Shown: positions 26,890 to 39,718, numbered from the stretch's first letter. The stretch: DNA of 64,000 nucleotides from an uncultured Clostridia bacterium (GCA_934230325.1 CAKQEP010000001.1:148739-212738), one strand, 5' to 3'. The notes: generated by a model not told the origin, from the letters alone. Program-made: numbers and translations.

Positions 26890-28259
26890 ATGTTGCCGTC
26901 CTTTAACGCCGTTTCCGTCTGATAGGCTATCGAAAAAATATCTTCCTCTCTGTCGTGAGTCGCCATAATTTGCAAACCGAGCGGAATACCGTTACCGTCA
27001 AATCCCATAGGAATACTCAACGCAGGTATGCCCGTCAAATTACACACGATAGAAAACAAGTCGGAGGTAAAACCTTTTTCGTTGGGAATATCTTCGTGCT
27101 TTTTTAAGGCTCTCAACAAGGTAGTCGGACTGAGTATGACGTCGTATCCGTCGAGAATATCGGCAATTTGTTCTCTGACCTTTTCCCGCGTGAGATACGC
27201 TTTGTTGATGCTGTTAAAATCTTTTTCTTCCAAGATTTTTTTGCCGAAACCTATGCGCTTGTTAACTTCCTTTCCGCATTTGTCCAAAACGATGCTGTTT
27301 GGATGCAGTTGATTGAAAAAATCAAAGCTCTCTACCGCTTCCGTCGTGCAAAGCACGGTATATGTCTGCGCTATCTCGCGAGAAAACTCAAAAGATATGC
27401 CTTCCGCTTTGTAACCGAGCCTTTTTATCGCGTCGACGGCGTTGGTATACGCTTTGTAAACGTCATCGTCGATAAAAGCGTTGTCAAAACTATCGAGATA
27501 CGCTACCTTCAACTTTGGTTTGTGAGGTTTAAAGCACTTTGAATAGTCTTCTTCCTTTTTTTTGATAACGTTGAACATCAACGCGGTATCGCGCACGTTT
27601 TTCGCAAGACAACCGATATGGTCCAAAGTTTTGCTCAAAGGAAACATTCCGTCGCGAGATACGCTGTTGAAGGTGGGTTTTAAACCGCACACGCCGCAAT
27701 TTGCCGCCGGTTGACGTATGCTCCCCCCCGTGTCAGAACCCAACGCGCCAAAAACGCTGCCGACGGAAACCGCAACCGCGCTTCCGCCGCTGCTACCGCC
27801 TGCGCTGTACTCCGTATTGTATGGGTTGGAAACTTCTCCGAAAAACGAATTTGTGCTGGTAAACCCCATCGCAAACTCGTCCATATTAGTTTTGCCAAAT
27901 ACAATGGCGTCCGCCAAACGTAATTTTGCAACGACGCTTGCGTCTGTACGAGGTATGACGTTGTTGCTCAAACTACCGCTCGCGCAGGAAGTAGGATAAT
28001 GCTCCGTACTCATGTTGTCCTTTACGCCTATCGGCACTCCCGCCAACGCTCCTACCTTTTCACCTTTTGCTATTTTGTCGTCTATCGCTTTCGCTTGGCG
28101 CAATACGTAATCTTGGTCGACGGCGGTAAAAGCGTTTAGATTTTTTGTTTGTCCGTATATTTTTAGACATTCGGCGTTCAACTCTACTGCAGTAATTTGC
28201 TTTTTTTGTATTAGTTGCGCCGCGTCCGTTAAAGACAGATTTTTTATATCCGCGTACAT
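26886..28259 (-). CDS. amidase (amidase-signature family, GatA-like)
   Basis: GGSSGGSAVAV and GSDTGGSIRQPA amidase signature. No gatC or gatB nearby. Confidence 0.8.
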   Translation of the reverse strand: MYADIKNLSLTDAAQLIQKKQITAVELNAECLKIYGQTKNLNAFTAVDQDYVLRQAKAIDDKIAKGEKVGALAGVPIGVKDNMSTEHYPTSCASGSLSNNVIPRTDASVVAKLRLADAIVFGKTNMDEFAMGFTSTNSFFGEVSNPYNTEYSAGGSSGGSAVAVSVGSVFGALGSDTGGSIRQPAANCGVCGLKPTFNSVSRDGMFPLSKTLDHIGCLAKNVRDTALMFNVIKKKEEDYSKCFKPHKPKLKVAYLDSFDNAFIDDDVYKAYTNAVDAIKRLGYKAEGISFEFSREIAQTYTVLCTTEAVESFDFFNQLHPNSIVLDKCGKEVNKRIGFGKKILEEKDFNSINKAYLTREKVREQIADILDGYDVILSPTTLLRALKKHEDIPNEKGFTSDLFSIVCNLTGIPALSIPMGFDGNGIPLGLQIMATHDREEDIFSIAYQTETALKDGNI

Positions 28260-28338
28260 ATCTTTAATTCGTTTCCTATTTGTGATATTTTGTCGTTATT
28301 TTATATTATAACACACTTTTTATTATAGTCAAAACCTT

Positions 28339-30318
<1,980 letters not shown>

Positions 30319-32451
30319 TTACCCTAAAATGGTCAACGGAGCGTATTTTAACGCCAAAGTTTTTTTGCCGACGCTTGCAAACACCACGTCTGCGTTGTCG
30401 CCGCTTACGGATATTATCATACCCTCTCCGTACACTTTGTGCAATACTTTTTGACCTGTTTTATACTGCCCAGATACCACTTGTTTTGGCGTGTTGACTT
30501 CCCTCGCAGAAATACGAGCAGTTTCCTTTCTGTCGTACAGCGGTACTCCGTCATCGTCGTAGCGTTGTTCTCTCGGCGGAGCGTCAATTATTTCCGTATA
30601 AAATTTGCTCGGCGGCATGTACTTGCGTTCACCGTACAAAAATCTGCTTTGCGCTCTCGTGATAAACAACCGCTCCCTTGCGCGCGTGACGGCAACGTAC
30701 ATCAATCGGCGTTCCTCCTGCATTTGCGGCAAACTTAAAATTGCGCGCGTAGAAGGAAAAATTCCGTCGTCCAAGCCGACAACAAAAACGACTTTCCACT
30801 CCAACCCTTTTGCCGCATGTATCGTAGCGATACTTACGTAACCGTTTTGCTCCATATCGTCCGCGTCGCTTTTTAAACTCACGCTTTCCAAAAAGTCGCT
30901 TAACGTCGCTTGCGGATTTGCCGTAGAAAATTCGTTTGCCGCCGCTACTAATTCGTTGAGGTTTTGAAGTCTTGCGTTGTCGTCGTCGTTTGAGTACTGC
31001 CCGACAAGACCGCTCATATTCAAAAGCGTCGCAACAACTTTGGGTAGCGAATCGGTTTTTGACATATTTGCAAGCCCGACGACTATATCAAAAAAGTTTG
31101 TAAGTTTTATCGTCGTACCGCGATTGAATACGTTTGAATTTTCTATGCCGTTTAGCGCCAACAAAAGGCTTGTGTTTTTTGCCGCCGCTACTCCGCGCAA
31201 CTTGGATATCGTGGCGTCTCCTATGCCTCTTTTAGGCTCGTTTATCGCCCTTAAAAAGGCTTCGTCGTCATACGGATTTACAGCTAATCGCAAGTAAGCC
31301 AAAGCGTCCTTTACTTCCTTACGCTCAAAAAATTTAAACCCGCCAAAAACCTTAAAAGGTATTCCGTAGGACATACATTCCTGCTCAAACGTGCGCGACA
31401 AAGCGTTGACGCGCATCAAAATGGCAAAATCGCCGTAATTATATCCCCGTCCTACAAGCGCGTTTATTTGTTGCAAGGCAAAGCGAGCCTCTTCTCCCTC
31501 GCCGGTGGCGCAAAACGTTTCCACTCTTACGCCGTCCGTATTTTCCGTCCACAAAGTCTTTAAAAATCTGTCCTCGTTTTTTGAAATCAGTTTGTTTGCA
31601 ACATTGAGAATTTTTTTGGTACTGCGATAGTTTTGTTCGAGATAAAAGACTTTTACGTCTTTAAAATCCCTTTTGAACTTTTGCATATTGTCGGCGTTTG
31701 CGCCGCGCCAACCGTAAATAGATTGATCGTCGTCCCCTACGACAAATATATTGCCGTTTTCTCCCGCCAACATTTTGAATATATCGTACTGAACGGTATT
31801 AGTATCCTGAAATTCGTCGATATTGATATATTTAAAAGTATTGCGATATTTTTGCAAAACGCTCGGTTGTGTGCTAAAAAGCAAAAAAACGTTGTAAAGT
31901 AAATCGTCAAAATCCATTGCGTTGGATTGTTTGAGCGTGTTTTGATATTCCGTCATTACCTTTGCAACGCTTTCGCCGTCTTCTTCCGCGTCGATATTTG
32001 CTTCCTTGATAAAGTCGCGAGGGTCTATGCCCGCGTTTTTGGCTTGACTCAAATATCTCAATACTTTTTCTTTGGATTTTTCTTCCGCGCCTTCCTTGCA
32101 AAGGCGTTTTACCACTTTTTCGGAATCTGTGTCGGTATATATGGTAAAACCGTTTTTGTAACCCAACAATTTTGCTTCTGCGCGAAGAATTTTTGCGCAC
32201 ATACTATGTATGGTACATACGGTCATTCCGCCGCAATCGCAAACGGACGCTATGCGTTCTTTCATTTCGTTTGCGGCTTTGTTTGTAAAAGTTATCGCAA
32301 GAATATTTTGCGGCAATACGCCGCTATCGATAAGGTTTGCTATGCGAGCAGTCAATACGCGCGTTTTTCCGCTGCCTGCGCCCGCCAAAACCATCACTGC
32401 GCCTTCAAGAGCCTGCGCCGCCTCTTGTTGTTGTTTGTTTAGACTAATCAT
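30319..32451 (-). CDS. pcrA: ATP-dependent DNA helicase PcrA/UvrD family
   Basis: AGAGSGKTRVL, DEFQDTN, YRS and VTRA motifs. Confidence 0.9.
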   Translation of the reverse strand: MISLNKQQQEAAQALEGAVMVLAGAGSGKTRVLTARIANLIDSGVLPQNILAITFTNKAANEMKERIASVCDCGGMTVCTIHSMCAKILRAEAKLLGYKNGFTIYTDTDSEKVVKRLCKEGAEEKSKEKVLRYLSQAKNAGIDPRDFIKEANIDAEEDGESVAKVMTEYQNTLKQSNAMDFDDLLYNVFLLFSTQPSVLQKYRNTFKYINIDEFQDTNTVQYDIFKMLAGENGNIFVVGDDDQSIYGWRGANADNMQKFKRDFKDVKVFYLEQNYRSTKKILNVANKLISKNEDRFLKTLWTENTDGVRVETFCATGEGEEARFALQQINALVGRGYNYGDFAILMRVNALSRTFEQECMSYGIPFKVFGGFKFFERKEVKDALAYLRLAVNPYDDEAFLRAINEPKRGIGDATISKLRGVAAAKNTSLLLALNGIENSNVFNRGTTIKLTNFFDIVVGLANMSKTDSLPKVVATLLNMSGLVGQYSNDDDNARLQNLNELVAAANEFSTANPQATLSDFLESVSLKSDADDMEQNGYVSIATIHAAKGLEWKVVFVVGLDDGIFPSTRAILSLPQMQEERRLMYVAVTRARERLFITRAQSRFLYGERKYMPPSKFYTEIIDAPPREQRYDDDGVPLYDRKETARISAREVNTPKQVVSGQYKTGQKVLHKVYGEGMIISVSGDNADVVFASVGKKTLALKYAPLTILG

Positions 32452-33412
32452 TTTCTTCTTTAATCACTATTCCTTTGACAAAATAAGGCTTCTTTTTATT
32501 TTCGTAATAACTGACAAAATACCACGTATTAAGTACGTAAGACGCAAAGGATATCAGCAAAACGATAAGTATAAACGCCACCAAAGTTTTAAAGAGCAAA
32601 AGCGCGGCGGCGCAAAGAATAGTGCCGATACACACTATCACCAGCGATTTGAGTAGCAACCACCAAAAATCGTCCATCATAACGACTATGCATTTTTTGA
32701 GCGATTGAGATACCTTGTCGCATTCGTTTACCGTCACGGGCAACCAGTATGCAAACAAAGCGTTGCGGATACCAAACATAAACATCATTACCAACAACGC
32801 GAATATTACGCCGGCAAGCCCGAGATTAACAAACACGAGAATATACGTCCCTGCCGAAATCATAAATGCCGTCCAGTCCAAAAACAAAAACAACAGCGCG
32901 CGCATAGCGACAAAACGTATTCCTACGCCAAAGTTTTTAAACATCGTCCACAAAAAGTATGTTCGGGTATTTGTCGCCATAAAACGATTGACTATGCAAA
33001 AAGTAGGATATACGGCAAGTCCGAAAACAAAGTAGTACAAATATGCTACGATTATCGCAAACAAAACCGCAGTAGAAAACTTTGCGCTAAAATCGGGTAT
33101 TGCGTTTATGGAATCTCTTACTTTGGCAAAAAAATCCGCCAACTTTTGAGGAAATTCCTCCGCAATCACGTCGTCCCAGTTAAACAAATCGTTTAAAATA
33201 TCCTGCGCGCCGCCTATCAATCCGTTTTGTTTTATTACGTCGTTTATTACGTTTGCAAAACTGATAAAAAACCAACTAAATATTGCGGCGATAAGACACA
33301 ACGCAAGTATTTGCGCAACCAACGATTTGAGATGAACACGATAATTTGTCGACACGAGTTGCATCGTTTTTTTAAAATACATACCTCTTTCCTCCTCTTG
33401 TCGTTTTGTCAA
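32444..33412 (-). CDS. hypothetical multi-pass membrane protein
   Basis: 322-aa ORF with several long hydrophobic segments. The stop overlaps the pcrA start by 8 nt. Confidence 0.6.
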   Translation of the reverse strand: MTKRQEEERGMYFKKTMQLVSTNYRVHLKSLVAQILALCLIAAIFSWFFISFANVINDVIKQNGLIGGAQDILNDLFNWDDVIAEEFPQKLADFFAKVRDSINAIPDFSAKFSTAVLFAIIVAYLYYFVFGLAVYPTFCIVNRFMATNTRTYFLWTMFKNFGVGIRFVAMRALLFLFLDWTAFMISAGTYILVFVNLGLAGVIFALLVMMFMFGIRNALFAYWLPVTVNECDKVSQSLKKCIVVMMDDFWWLLLKSLVIVCIGTILCAAALLLFKTLVAFILIVLLISFASYVLNTWYFVSYYENKKKPYFVKGIVIKEEND

Positions 33413-34296
33413 TCGAATATTTTAATTTTTAAATCGCCGCGCTTTGTTTCCGTGTACTCTGCGTATTTGCAAGCAGAGTAAGACGGCAAAATCATTAGCC
33501 ACCACAGATACATCAAAAACCTCAGCAAAGTGCCGAGCGCAAATCCGAGTTTTTGCGAAAAACCAACGACTTTGCTCAAAATTTCGTACCCGACGATAAG
33601 CAACTGCGTACAAATCACCATAACGATTATCTTTAAGGTAAACTCCCAAAATCTTCTGCCTACGATCTGCGCAGAGTACGCCATCGCAAACCAAAAGCGG
33701 TATCCGTCAAAATACATACTCGGCGGCGTCAACATAAACAGTCCCAAAAAGATAAAGTAGACGATATAGAAAAAAACGGTAAAAACGACGCCCAACACAA
33801 AAAACGTCCACCCTTTTGCTATGACGGACAAAAGAACGATTGCGCCGCTGAGCAACAAAACAATCAAATGGTACGCTACAAACATCAGCGCGACGTAAGG
33901 CAAAAGCGCCGATATACTGCCAAAAAAGTTTTTTAGCACCGCTTTAAAAGAGTGCGTGCCGAATTTTATGTGCCTTTCTACCATAGTAAGACTGCAACAA
34001 AGCCCCACAAAGGTCACAACCATAGTCAACAACCAAAACCATATGGAATTGATTCCGAACAAACCGTGCGGTTTTACGTTGACAAAAGAAAAATATCCGT
34101 ACAAATCGTTGTAAAAATCATCAAAAACGATTGCGTTGCCGGAGTTTATCGTATCGGCAATTTTTCTGAATAACGCCGCAGGTCCGTCAGGCGCCTGAAA
34201 AAAAGCAAGCATTACCGCAGGCAACGCCACAAACGGCAAAAAGTAAAAAATATTTCTTAACGCATACGCAAAAGGCGATTTTGATTGCAATCTCAT
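33409..34296 (-). CDS. hypothetical multi-pass membrane protein
   Basis: 295-aa hydrophobic ORF with 4-nt overlaps to both neighbours. Confidence 0.6.
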   Translation of the reverse strand: MRLQSKSPFAYALRNIFYFLPFVALPAVMLAFFQAPDGPAALFRKIADTINSGNAIVFDDFYNDLYGYFSFVNVKPHGLFGINSIWFWLLTMVVTFVGLCCSLTMVERHIKFGTHSFKAVLKNFFGSISALLPYVALMFVAYHLIVLLLSGAIVLLSVIAKGWTFFVLGVVFTVFFYIVYFIFLGLFMLTPPSMYFDGYRFWFAMAYSAQIVGRRFWEFTLKIIVMVICTQLLIVGYEILSKVVGFSQKLGFALGTLLRFLMYLWWLMILPSYSACKYAEYTETKRGDLKIKIFD

Positions 34297-35462
34297 ATTC
34301 TTTTCTCCTTTTCCGGCACAAATTCCACCAAAACGGAATTTAGCAGATAAATTTTTTGCGGCGGAACAAACACTTTGCCGTCTTTTTGTTTGAGCATTTT
34401 GTTGCTAAACAAGTAATCCGTCTGCGCTTTGTATACGGTCAAAAAATCGTCGCCAAACCGATTTTTAAAGTCGTTCAATTCAAACCCCTCCGTCTTGCGA
34501 AGATTTAACATAACGTATTCAAAAGCCGCTTCTTGCCCCGTTATCCGTTTTTTTGACGTGACAGGCAATTTGTTTTGTCCTAATCTTTTGTAATACAAAT
34601 CGAATTTTTTTGTATTAGCATACCGCGAGCCGCCAACAAAAGAATGCGCGGCAAGCCCTATACCGACGTATTGTCCCCAGTCCCAGTAATTAAGGTTGTG
34701 TTTACATTCAAAACCTTTTTTTGCAAAATTGCTGACTTCGTAGCGGGCAAATCCGTTTTTATCCAACAAGTACGCCGTTTTGTCGTAGAAGTCCGTCACG
34801 GCATCGTCGTCGGGCAACGTAACTTTTTTTGTTTTTACCGCCTTAAACAACGGCGTTCCTTTTTCTAAAATAAGTCCGTAAGCAGATACGTGCTTGACAA
34901 AATCATAGTCGCATACAACGTTTAGGGTGTCCGTTACGTCTTTTTCGGTTTGCTGCGGAAGCCCCAACATCACGTCTACGTTAACGTTGTCGCATCGTTT
35001 TCCTATCGTTTCCGCCGCCATACAAAACTGTTTGAAGGTGTGCGGTCTACCTACTGTTTTAAGCAGTTTGTCCGAAGCGGTTTGCAATCCCAAAGAAAAT
35101 CTATTGACTCCGGCGTCGCGCATGGCCTTGACAAAGTTCTCGTTTACGCTGTCCGGATTGCCCTCAATAGTAAACTCCGCGTCGGATAAAACAACAAATC
35201 TTTTGCGGATATGTCGTATTATTTCCGTCAACATAGCGACGGAAAAATAACTCGGCGTACCGCCTCCGATATATATCGTTTTTATTATTTTGTCCGCAAC
35301 CGACGGAGAAACGAGGTCAATTTCTTTTTTTATCGCGTCGAGATACGCTCCAAACTCGGTTTCTCGATGCGCAAAACTGCAAAAATCGCAATAAGCGCAC
35401 TTGGACTTGCAAAAAGGTATATGCAGATACAAACCGATAAGGTCGTCGCCCGATACAAACAA
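34293..35462 (-). CDS. hemW: radical SAM heme chaperone HemW (coproporphyrinogen III oxidase-like)
   Basis: LYLHIPFCKSKCAYCDF. Start placed at TTG 35462 with SD GAGGA, immediately after the lepA stop. The longer track ORF would overlap lepA. Confidence 0.8.
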   Translation of the reverse strand: MFVSGDDLIGLYLHIPFCKSKCAYCDFCSFAHRETEFGAYLDAIKKEIDLVSPSVADKIIKTIYIGGGTPSYFSVAMLTEIIRHIRKRFVVLSDAEFTIEGNPDSVNENFVKAMRDAGVNRFSLGLQTASDKLLKTVGRPHTFKQFCMAAETIGKRCDNVNVDVMLGLPQQTEKDVTDTLNVVCDYDFVKHVSAYGLILEKGTPLFKAVKTKKVTLPDDDAVTDFYDKTAYLLDKNGFARYEVSNFAKKGFECKHNLNYWDWGQYVGIGLAAHSFVGGSRYANTKKFDLYYKRLGQNKLPVTSKKRITGQEAAFEYVMLNLRKTEGFELNDFKNRFGDDFLTVYKAQTDYLFSNKMLKQKDGKVFVPPQKIYLLNSVLVEFVPEKEKRI

Positions 35463-35464
35463 TT

Positions 35465-37267
35465 TTATTCCTCGTCTATTTTGAGTATGGACATAAACGC
35501 TTCCGACGGTATGGCTACGCTGCCAACCTGACGCATACGCTTTTTGCCCTCTTTTTGTTTTTCCAAAAGTTTCTTTTTTCGCGAAATATCGCCGCCGTAA
35601 CACTTTGCCAAAACGTCTTTACGCATTGCCTTGACCGTTTCTCTCGCAATTATTTTTCCGCCGATAGCCGCCTGAACGGGTATCTCAAACATTTGACGCG
35701 GAATTACGTCGCAAAGTTTTTCCGCTATTTTGCGTCCTCGCGCATACGCTCTGTCTTCGTGAACTATACAAGACAAAGCGTCGCACATTTCGCCGTTTAA
35801 CAGCATATCGAGTTTGACGAGTTTGCTGGGTTTATAACCCTTTATTTCGTAATCCAAACTCGCATAACCGCGCGTGCGTGACTTTAAAGTATCAAAAAAG
35901 TCGTAAATAATCTCGTTGAGCGGTATTTCGTAAGTTATTCTCACGCGTTTTGTGTCGAGATAGGTCATATCGATAAAAACGCCGCGTTTTTCCTGACATA
36001 AATCCATTATGCCGCCGACGTAATCGGGCGGTGAATAGATATAAGCCGTCACGATAGGCTCTTCCATTCTCTCTATGCTTGTGACGGGAGGCAGTTTTGA
36101 CGGATTGTCTATTTCAAGCATTTGCCCGTCGGTGGTATAAACGTGGTAACTTACGCTGGGCGCGGTAGTGACCAAATCGAGGTCAAACTCTCTCTCCAGC
36201 CGCTGTTGAATGACGTCCATATGAAGCAGCCCCAAAAATCCGCACCTAAAACCAAATCCCAACGCAAGCGACGTGTCGGGCGTATACTGCAACGCGGCAT
36301 CGTTTAGTTTGAGTTTTTCCAACGAATCTTTGAGGTCGTTGTACTTGCTGCCGTCTGCGGGGAATATCCCGCAAAACACCATAGGTTGAACTTCCTTGTA
36401 CCCTTTAAGCGGCGTTTCCGTCGGATTGTCCGCGTCGGTCACCGTATCGCCTACGTGAGCGTCGGACACTGTTTTTATGCTTGCGGCAATATATCCGACG
36501 TCGCCTGCCGACAATTTTTTTGTGGGCAGCATCGACGGAGTAAAAATTCCCACTTCCGTAACGTCGTATATTTTGCCGCCCGACTCAAACATTTTGAGTT
36601 TGGTGCCGTTTTTGACTTCTCCGTCAAATATTCGCACAAACAACAAAACACCCTTGTAATTGTCGTATACGCAGTCAAATATCAAACCTTTGAGCGGTTT
36701 TGTCGGATCTCCTTTAGGCGGCGGAACGTTTTTTATTACGTCAATCAAAACGTCCTCGATGTTTAGTCCTTCTTTTGCCGAAACAAGCGGAATATCGTCG
36801 GCAATCAAACCCAACTCCTCGATTTCCTCCTTTGCTTCGTCTATGCGGGCGGAAGGTAAATCTATTTTGTTGATTACCGGTAAAATTTCCAAATCGTTGT
36901 CCAAAGCAAGATAACAATTTGCTACGGTTTGCGCTTCTACGCCTTGACTTGCGTCAACGATAAGTACTGCGCCTTCGCACGCCGCCAAACTGCGCGATAC
37001 TTCATAAGTAAAGTCTACGTGTCCCGGCGTGTCGATTAGATTCAATTCGTACTCTTCGCCGTTGTAAGTATAAGTAATGTTGACGGGGGCAAGTTTTATG
37101 GTTATTCCCCTTTCTCTCTCCAAATCCATCGAATCGAGAATTTGATTTTCCATATCCCTTTTTGCCACGCGTCCGGTAAACTCTATTAGCCTGTCGGCGA
37201 GAGTGCTTTTGCCGTGATCTATATGCGCTATAATGCAAAAATTGCGTATTTTATCCATTTTGTTCAT
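35465..37267 (-). CDS. lepA: translation elongation factor 4
   Basis: [24 protein letters not shown], and the LepA C-terminal domain. Confidence 0.95.
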   Translation of the reverse strand: MNKMDKIRNFCIIAHIDHGKSTLADRLIEFTGRVAKRDMENQILDSMDLERERGITIKLAPVNITYTYNGEEYELNLIDTPGHVDFTYEVSRSLAACEGAVLIVDASQGVEAQTVANCYLALDNDLEILPVINKIDLPSARIDEAKEEIEELGLIADDIPLVSAKEGLNIEDVLIDVIKNVPPPKGDPTKPLKGLIFDCVYDNYKGVLLFVRIFDGEVKNGTKLKMFESGGKIYDVTEVGIFTPSMLPTKKLSAGDVGYIAASIKTVSDAHVGDTVTDADNPTETPLKGYKEVQPMVFCGIFPADGSKYNDLKDSLEKLKLNDAALQYTPDTSLALGFGFRCGFLGLLHMDVIQQRLEREFDLDLVTTAPSVSYHVYTTDGQMLEIDNPSKLPPVTSIERMEEPIVTAYIYSPPDYVGGIMDLCQEKRGVFIDMTYLDTKRVRITYEIPLNEIIYDFFDTLKSRTRGYASLDYEIKGYKPSKLVKLDMLLNGEMCDALSCIVHEDRAYARGRKIAEKLCDVIPRQMFEIPVQAAIGGKIIARETVKAMRKDVLAKCYGGDISRKKKLLEKQKEGKKRMRQVGSVAIPSEAFMSILKIDEE

Positions 37268-37448
37268 TCTGTTATTATACCTAAAAAATCCGTCTTATGC
37301 AATCGGTTTTAATGCAAAAAATCATATTTTCGGCAAAATTTAATTCTTGTAAACTTGTTAGCTATATTATATATACAATTCTTGCCTTTTTGAGTAAATT
37401 ACATTATAATGTGAAAATAACTTAATTTTACAAACAAGGAGATATACT

Positions 37449-39233
37449 ATGAAAAGATTTTGGACTTTTGTTTTAGGCATCGTTATCGGCTGGGTTATCC
37501 TTGCGGGCGGCATAGTCGTAGCCGCATACGCATTAAAACCTTCAAATTTCAATGTTTCTACCGGCTGGCAAAACAAAGATAACGAAAAATTCGACGATAT
37601 GTCCATTGCTACCATATTGACCAAAGGCATACAACTTGCAAGCAGCAACAATTTGACAATGCAATCGGTGCAAGACGCTTACGGACTCGATATTCTTAAA
37701 CAAATCGGGCTTGAGGGCGAAGATTACGACGCTCTCAAACAAAAAACCTTTCAACAAATAACGTCAAACCCCGCAGACGCATTCGGCGGAATCAAACTTG
37801 CGCCGTTTTTTTCAAGCAACGTCGGCAAAAAAATCGCTTCGATACCCAAACCGATACTCGACGCTTGGAGCAAAAACGAAGTGACGGCGAGCGCTCTCAT
37901 AAACAAGGACTTTACAAAATTACTGTCCGACATAACGCTCGGCGACCTTGTGACAAATCTTTCCAAAACGGGAATGGCGGGCGTCGTTGCGGGCAAAGAT
38001 TTAGGCAAAGTTTACACCGCATTAAAAGCCGACAACGCAGACCCCGTTAAAACGCTTTGCGAAGGCGCGCTTGTCGGACACGCTCTCAATTACACCACGA
38101 CGGAAGCAGACAACGTGGACGGTTTTTCCGTCGTCATAGAAGGCAAAGTGCTACAAAGCGGTACGACCTATTACAAATCCGTCACGATAAACGACGTTAC
38201 TACTTGGGCGGTTGCGGAAATTCACTGCGACGACGAGGAAGCGGGACACGTTCACGAAGAAAAATGCTACGATATACAATGGCTTACCGCGTCTAATACA
38301 AAACCCGAATCTTTGATGAACTCTTTGGCTAATCTACCGCTTTCTTCTTTGCTTGACGGCAATTTTAAGGTCAACGACGCAACGGAAGGCTTGTATATAG
38401 GCGACGTCATGAATTACACGCGCAAATCCGACGGCTGGTACGACGGAGAAACAAAAGTCAAACCGATAATGCAAAATATCGCAGACGTAAAATGCGAAAC
38501 GCTGCTTAATACCGGCATAGATATCGATGCGGTGCTAAAAGACATAAAATTGCGCGACGTAATAACGATAGACGAAACTTCCCCCGTCATACTCAAACGT
38601 ATGAAAAATTACAAAATACTAAACATTGCCGACGATATCGACAAAGTTTATATAGGCGATTTGCAAGAATACCACCGCAAACCGATAGACGATTTGTCGG
38701 CTTATACAATCGACGTTTTGGACGGCTCGATAAAAACCGACGGCTCAAATTATGTTAAAACCATTGACGAAGAATGGTATCAGGCAGAGTTGACGTGCAG
38801 TCTCGCCCACTCCCACACCGTAAATTGCTACGAGTTTGTTTGGTACAAAGACAACGCTTATACAAACAAAGTCGGCGGAATACAAGGTTTGATGGTCAAT
38901 ATGACTATGACAACCTTCGATATAGGCGATATAATGACCAAAGTCAACGATTTAAAGTTTACGGAAGTAATAAAGTGCGATGCTTCTGTCGGCGCGCTTT
39001 CCCTTATCCCTGCGGAAACTACCGTCGGAAATCTTCCACAAGCGATGACCGACGCCGTAAACAACAGTACTATAAAACAACTTATGGACGCAGGGTTGCT
39101 CACAATAAGCGACGACAACCAAACCACGCTTACAAACGTCTTTGGCGGCAATGCGTGGACCGAGTGGTCGGTCGCAACGTTTATCGACAACGTGGTAACG
39201 CAACTAAAAAGAATACCCGCTTCTACTCCCTAA
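37449..39233 (+). CDS. hypothetical N-terminally anchored large protein with internal repeats
   Basis: SD AAGGAG. TM helix FWTFVLGIVIGWVILAGGIVVAAY. Duplicated C..H.H...CY..W module. No known domain recognised. Confidence 0.6.
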   Translation: MKRFWTFVLGIVIGWVILAGGIVVAAYALKPSNFNVSTGWQNKDNEKFDDMSIATILTKGIQLASSNNLTMQSVQDAYGLDILKQIGLEGEDYDALKQKTFQQITSNPADAFGGIKLAPFFSSNVGKKIASIPKPILDAWSKNEVTASALINKDFTKLLSDITLGDLVTNLSKTGMAGVVAGKDLGKVYTALKADNADPVKTLCEGALVGHALNYTTTEADNVDGFSVVIEGKVLQSGTTYYKSVTINDVTTWAVAEIHCDDEEAGHVHEEKCYDIQWLTASNTKPESLMNSLANLPLSSLLDGNFKVNDATEGLYIGDVMNYTRKSDGWYDGETKVKPIMQNIADVKCETLLNTGIDIDAVLKDIKLRDVITIDETSPVILKRMKNYKILNIADDIDKVYIGDLQEYHRKPIDDLSAYTIDVLDGSIKTDGSNYVKTIDEEWYQAELTCSLAHSHTVNCYEFVWYKDNAYTNKVGGIQGLMVNMTMTTFDIGDIMTKVNDLKFTEVIKCDASVGALSLIPAETTVGNLPQAMTDAVNNSTIKQLMDAGLLTISDDNQTTLTNVFGGNAWTEWSVATFIDNVVTQLKRIPASTP

Positions 39234-39293
39234 CGCATACGCTATCGTACAAAAAAGAACGCAATTTTTGAATCCTTTTTTTGTCGGATAATA

Positions 39294-39323
39294 TTGACAG
39301 GTACAAAGCAGATATTGTATAAT
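39294..39323 (+). promoter_or_regulatory. sigma-A promoter (extended -10)
   Basis: TTGACA, 18-nt spacer ending in TG, then TATAAT. Confidence 0.5.
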
Positions 39324-39357
39324 AAACGCATCAAAACACAGGAGGTACTTTTTTATC

Positions 39358-39675
39358 ATGAAAAACAACGACAGCGGACTTTTTAGAATATTTGATATTT
39401 TAGCAAAAATATTTGCCGTTATTGTGCTTTTGGCTATCATTGCTCAAAACCTTGCGGCGTTTAGTTGGATGCCCGCGCAGGTAATCACCGTCGCAAACTA
39501 CGTATTGAGTTATGCCACGATAATTCTTGCGGGACTCACCGCGTTAGAACTCGGCACAAAACACGGCTGGTTTTTGACTATTATCATCCTCTTGGTCATT
39601 GCTCTCGCTCTTATCCCGAGATTTATCCCGTCGGTATGGGAGCAAATACTCAATGCTTTGGGCGTAAGCGCATAA
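39358..39675 (+). CDS. small hypothetical membrane protein
   Basis: 105 aa with three hydrophobic helices. SD AGGAGG. Terminator downstream. Confidence 0.55.
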   Translation: MKNNDSGLFRIFDILAKIFAVIVLLAIIAQNLAAFSWMPAQVITVANYVLSYATIILAGLTALELGTKHGWFLTIIILLVIALALIPRFIPSVWEQILNALGVSA

Positions 39676-39690
39676 AACCAAACAAACTTT

Positions 39691-39718
39691 AAACCGTCGA
39701 AACAATCGACGGTTTTTT
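39691..39718 (+). terminator. intrinsic terminator
   Basis: aaaccgtcga-aacaa-tcgacggttt followed by a T-run. Confidence 0.75.

Noticed and set aside
35463-35603. N-terminal 47-codon extension of hemW given in the ORF track
   Set aside because: It would overlap the last 139 nt of lepA. A TTG with SD GAGGA sits immediately after the lepA stop, and the radical-SAM motif follows shortly after.
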